Origin: TPA_inf: Saccharomyces
Lineage: Eukaryota
Direction of reading: 5' to 3'
DNA: 64,000 nt
Assembly: GCA_000146045.2 (NCBI GenBank)
Contig: BK006941.2
Location: 576,001 to 640,000, forward strand
Position numbers and translations under genes: made by a program. A model generated the notes under the pieces. It saw only the letters and a list, made by a program, of their open reading frames with translations, did not search any database and had not been told where the DNA came from. Below are positions 61,744-64,000 of the stretch, piece after piece; the stretch's first letter is position 1, and every line of letters begins with the position of its first letter.

Positions 61744-63513
61744 CTATAATTTAGAAGATTGACTTGATAAGACCGTTGTGTACCACCAGTCGATGGCTAG
61801 GGAGGATTCTAGACTCGAAACCATTTCCCACAATTGTTGAAGTAGCTTTTTGTTATGTGTATTGATTAGCTGGAGACAGATGTTCAACCAGCCGATCAAA
61901 TGATGAGGATTGTTGATAAAGGCTATTTGTACAATCAGACATTCAATCAATACATTCTTCTTTTCTGGGTTTTTTACATTAACAATTCTGATATACGTCT
62001 CGTGCAAAGAGTCCCTAAGCAAATGCTTGTTATAATTATGTAGTGAGGGAAGTTGTGTGGATAGATGGCCGAATATAAGTAAAATTTGATTTGCGGACAA
62101 TTTACCTGCAATAAATTGGTCCATCGACATCTTTAAATAGACGAGTATGCGGGATACTTGCCATTGTGCAACCTGTGAGGAATAAGAGGAGTCTATAGAC
62201 AGTACAGTGATTGTCAATGTGTGTATAGATTCTTTGATTTCAATATCCAAGGTATTGCCCGTCTTCCCGCTAAAAAATACATCGAAATGCAGTAAAGGTT
62301 CGATAAACTCAGTAATAAACGGCAAACGAATGCGACACCCATAGTAATTAGTAATTTTGTTTAGAAAATTGATGTAAAACACTAATTTATTTGGATCTTG
62401 TTTGGTGTTGTTTCTTTTCATTAGTTCCAAAACTGTAGTGATTTTAGACAAGTCATCCATGACAATGAAATACGTTACTAAATTATCGTAAACATAATCG
62501 TAACTGGGAAAACCGACTGTCCCGATTTTTTGAGTCAATACGTGGACGTGGAAAAGGCTTAAACAGATCATAGAATAAAAAGTGTCTTTATGGTTAGGCA
62601 GTATTGTCATATTCATGGCGGATAATTCTTTTAACGCGAGGATTATCAGGATAAATACATTTTGGAACTTGAAATCTAGTTGTTGTTCTTTCAACGAAGC
62701 CACAGTATCGGACAAGTATCGACATATCCTTTCTAGTTTGCGTACTGAATTTACCAAAGTTGCCTCATTTGACCTCGTGATTGAACTGGTCAAGCAACTG
62801 GCCAAATGATTCAAGTTGGTTGATAAGACTGAATCAGTCGAAAAAATTTCCATCGGCTGCACAATGCCGTGTACATACTCTTCCAAAAGGTCCAATAGTT
62901 TCTCTGTGACCAAATTCCATGATACGTCAACTCCATGCAAAAGGGCGCTTCGGTTTGACTGATTAAAAAGTAAAGCTAATGCTATCAGAAGGCAATGCTG
63001 AATCGATAAATTAGCCCTGACAATGGCAGTATTCCATAGCTGCGCCCATATTGGTGAAAACAGTTGTAATTTCCAGTTTCTGTAATAAAGCGCAGTTTTG
63101 TTGCTGGATTCATCAATAAAATAGGCGTTGTTCAATTGTTTGAAGCTCGGGTATGTGACTAGTACACCATCCAAAACCATCAACTGTGAAAGGTTCCACG
63201 TGGCTCGGTGAGATTCGAAAACAGCATTCCAAACCAAGTAAAACTTCGAAATTGGGAGCGTGGGCTCAGAAACTTCCAGTTTCCAAAGGAAAACATCTTT
63301 GACGATGTGCAAAAGGCGTAGTGGTGGTAATTGGACAATGAACTGCGATCGGAAAAGTGCTCCGACCAAGCGATACAAAGTGTCGGGGGATTTGACTCTT
63401 GGGACGTAGTATACCACATTGGCCGCGATTTCGTCTAGCAGGCGTTGATCATACTGGATCCTCGTTTCGGAAGAGAGTGCAGTGATCAGATATTCGACGT
63501 CATGATCAAACAT
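61744..63513 (-). CDS. PEX8: Pex8, intraperoxisomal peroxin bridging the docking and RING complexes (589 aa)
   Basis: 589-aa ORF ending in -SKL (PTS1). Position matches YGR077C. Confidence 0.9.
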   Translation of the reverse strand: MFDHDVEYLITALSSETRIQYDQRLLDEIAANVVYYVPRVKSPDTLYRLVGALFRSQFIVQLPPLRLLHIVKDVFLWKLEVSEPTLPISKFYLVWNAVFESHRATWNLSQLMVLDGVLVTYPSFKQLNNAYFIDESSNKTALYYRNWKLQLFSPIWAQLWNTAIVRANLSIQHCLLIALALLFNQSNRSALLHGVDVSWNLVTEKLLDLLEEYVHGIVQPMEIFSTDSVLSTNLNHLASCLTSSITRSNEATLVNSVRKLERICRYLSDTVASLKEQQLDFKFQNVFILIILALKELSAMNMTILPNHKDTFYSMICLSLFHVHVLTQKIGTVGFPSYDYVYDNLVTYFIVMDDLSKITTVLELMKRNNTKQDPNKLVFYINFLNKITNYYGCRIRLPFITEFIEPLLHFDVFFSGKTGNTLDIEIKESIHTLTITVLSIDSSYSSQVAQWQVSRILVYLKMSMDQFIAGKLSANQILLIFGHLSTQLPSLHNYNKHLLRDSLHETYIRIVNVKNPEKKNVLIECLIVQIAFINNPHHLIGWLNICLQLINTHNKKLLQQLWEMVSSLESSLAIDWWYTTVLSSQSSKL

Positions 63514-63672
63514 AATGTCCTAATGCCCTCTGTAAGTGCGGTTTTGCGCGCATACATGCGTATTCATATTTCCCTTTTGCATTTGTCTTCTTCGGTTTTC
63601 CTGGTAGAATTTCCCTTAATGGGAGAGTAGTAACAATGCAAAAAATGAAGAAAATTGAGAAAAAACAAAAAA

Positions 63673-63696
63673 GAAAAAAAAAAAAAAAAAAAAAAA
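63673..63696. repeat. 24-nt dA tract within a longer A-rich block between PEX8 and PAC10
   Basis: Uninterrupted A run flanked by more A-rich sequence. Confidence 0.95.
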
Positions 63697-63771
63697 GAGA
63701 GCTATGTAGGTTGATTGTGTTGTTCTATGTAGTGCCCTTTATTTTTCTTTGGATTTAAATTTACAGACACA

Positions 63772-64000
63772 TTATATCTTGAGGTTTTTAGTCCCTTCTT
63801 GAGCCTGCTTCAAGTCTTGCCTTCTCTGAACGTCCCAGTTATACAATCGCGCGCAATTGACCTCCATTGTCGTGATATTTTCCCTCAAAAACTCTACGTC
63901 CTCGGTGGACACCGTTAAAGACTGTTCGGAATCCGCGAGTTTCTTCTTTAACAACTCTATGGCCTCGTCGATGGGATATTCCAGCATCACGTCTGCGCCA
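63772..64000 (-). CDS. PAC10: Pac10/Gim2 prefoldin subunit, C-terminal part only (gene continues past the window end)
   Basis: The coiled-coil prefoldin-like frame is open to the window edge on the minus strand. Position matches YGR078C. Confidence 0.75.
   Translation of the reverse strand, partial: GADVMLEYPIDEAIELLKKKLADSEQSLTVSTEDVEFLRENITTMEVNCARLYNWDVQRRQDLKQAQEGTKNLKI

Overview
This 64-kb window is Saccharomyces cerevisiae nuclear DNA from the right arm of chromosome VII. It appears collinear with the reference interval from the 3' part of KSS1 (YGR040W) to the 3' part of PAC10 (YGR078C). Gene order, strands and protein lengths match that interval gene for gene. I recognise 33 protein-coding genes by product and size: KSS1, BUD9, MTE1, NQM1, RME1, TAM41, TFC4, UFD1, SCM4, FMP48, YGR053C, YGR054W (eIF2A), MUP1, RSC1, LST7, PEF1, SPR3, ERG25, ADE6, COX18, SPT4, VHT1, YGR066C, YGR067C, ART5, ROM1, ENV11, UPF3, SMD1, PRP38, MRPL25, PEX8 and PAC10. 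There are also seven short ORFs of the kind annotated as dubious (YGR045C, YGR050C, YGR051C, YGR064W, YGR069W, YGR073C plus antisense ORFs inside genes). One box C/D snoRNA is supported directly by its C box, D box and terminal stem: SNR48, between SPR3 and ERG25. I found no tRNA genes, Ty elements, solo LTRs or spliceosomal introns. CRISPR is not expected in a eukaryote and none is present. Intergenic spacing is normal for yeast and I see no insertion of foreign DNA or any unexplained multi-gene block. My honest conclusion is that this window does not contain a novel system. The most unexplained items are two compositionally anomalous GC-rich islands, one in the SCM4-FMP48 interval and one at the 3' end of ART5, and a set of recognisable promoter elements. 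Those elements are tandem TCGTATA sterol elements upstream of ERG25, a VHRE palindrome upstream of VHT1, MSEs upstream of SPR3, Met31/32 sites upstream of MUP1, a PACE-like site upstream of UFD1 and STREs upstream of NQM1. Coordinates of reference-annotated start codons are inferred where the ORF track gives a slightly longer upstream ATG.
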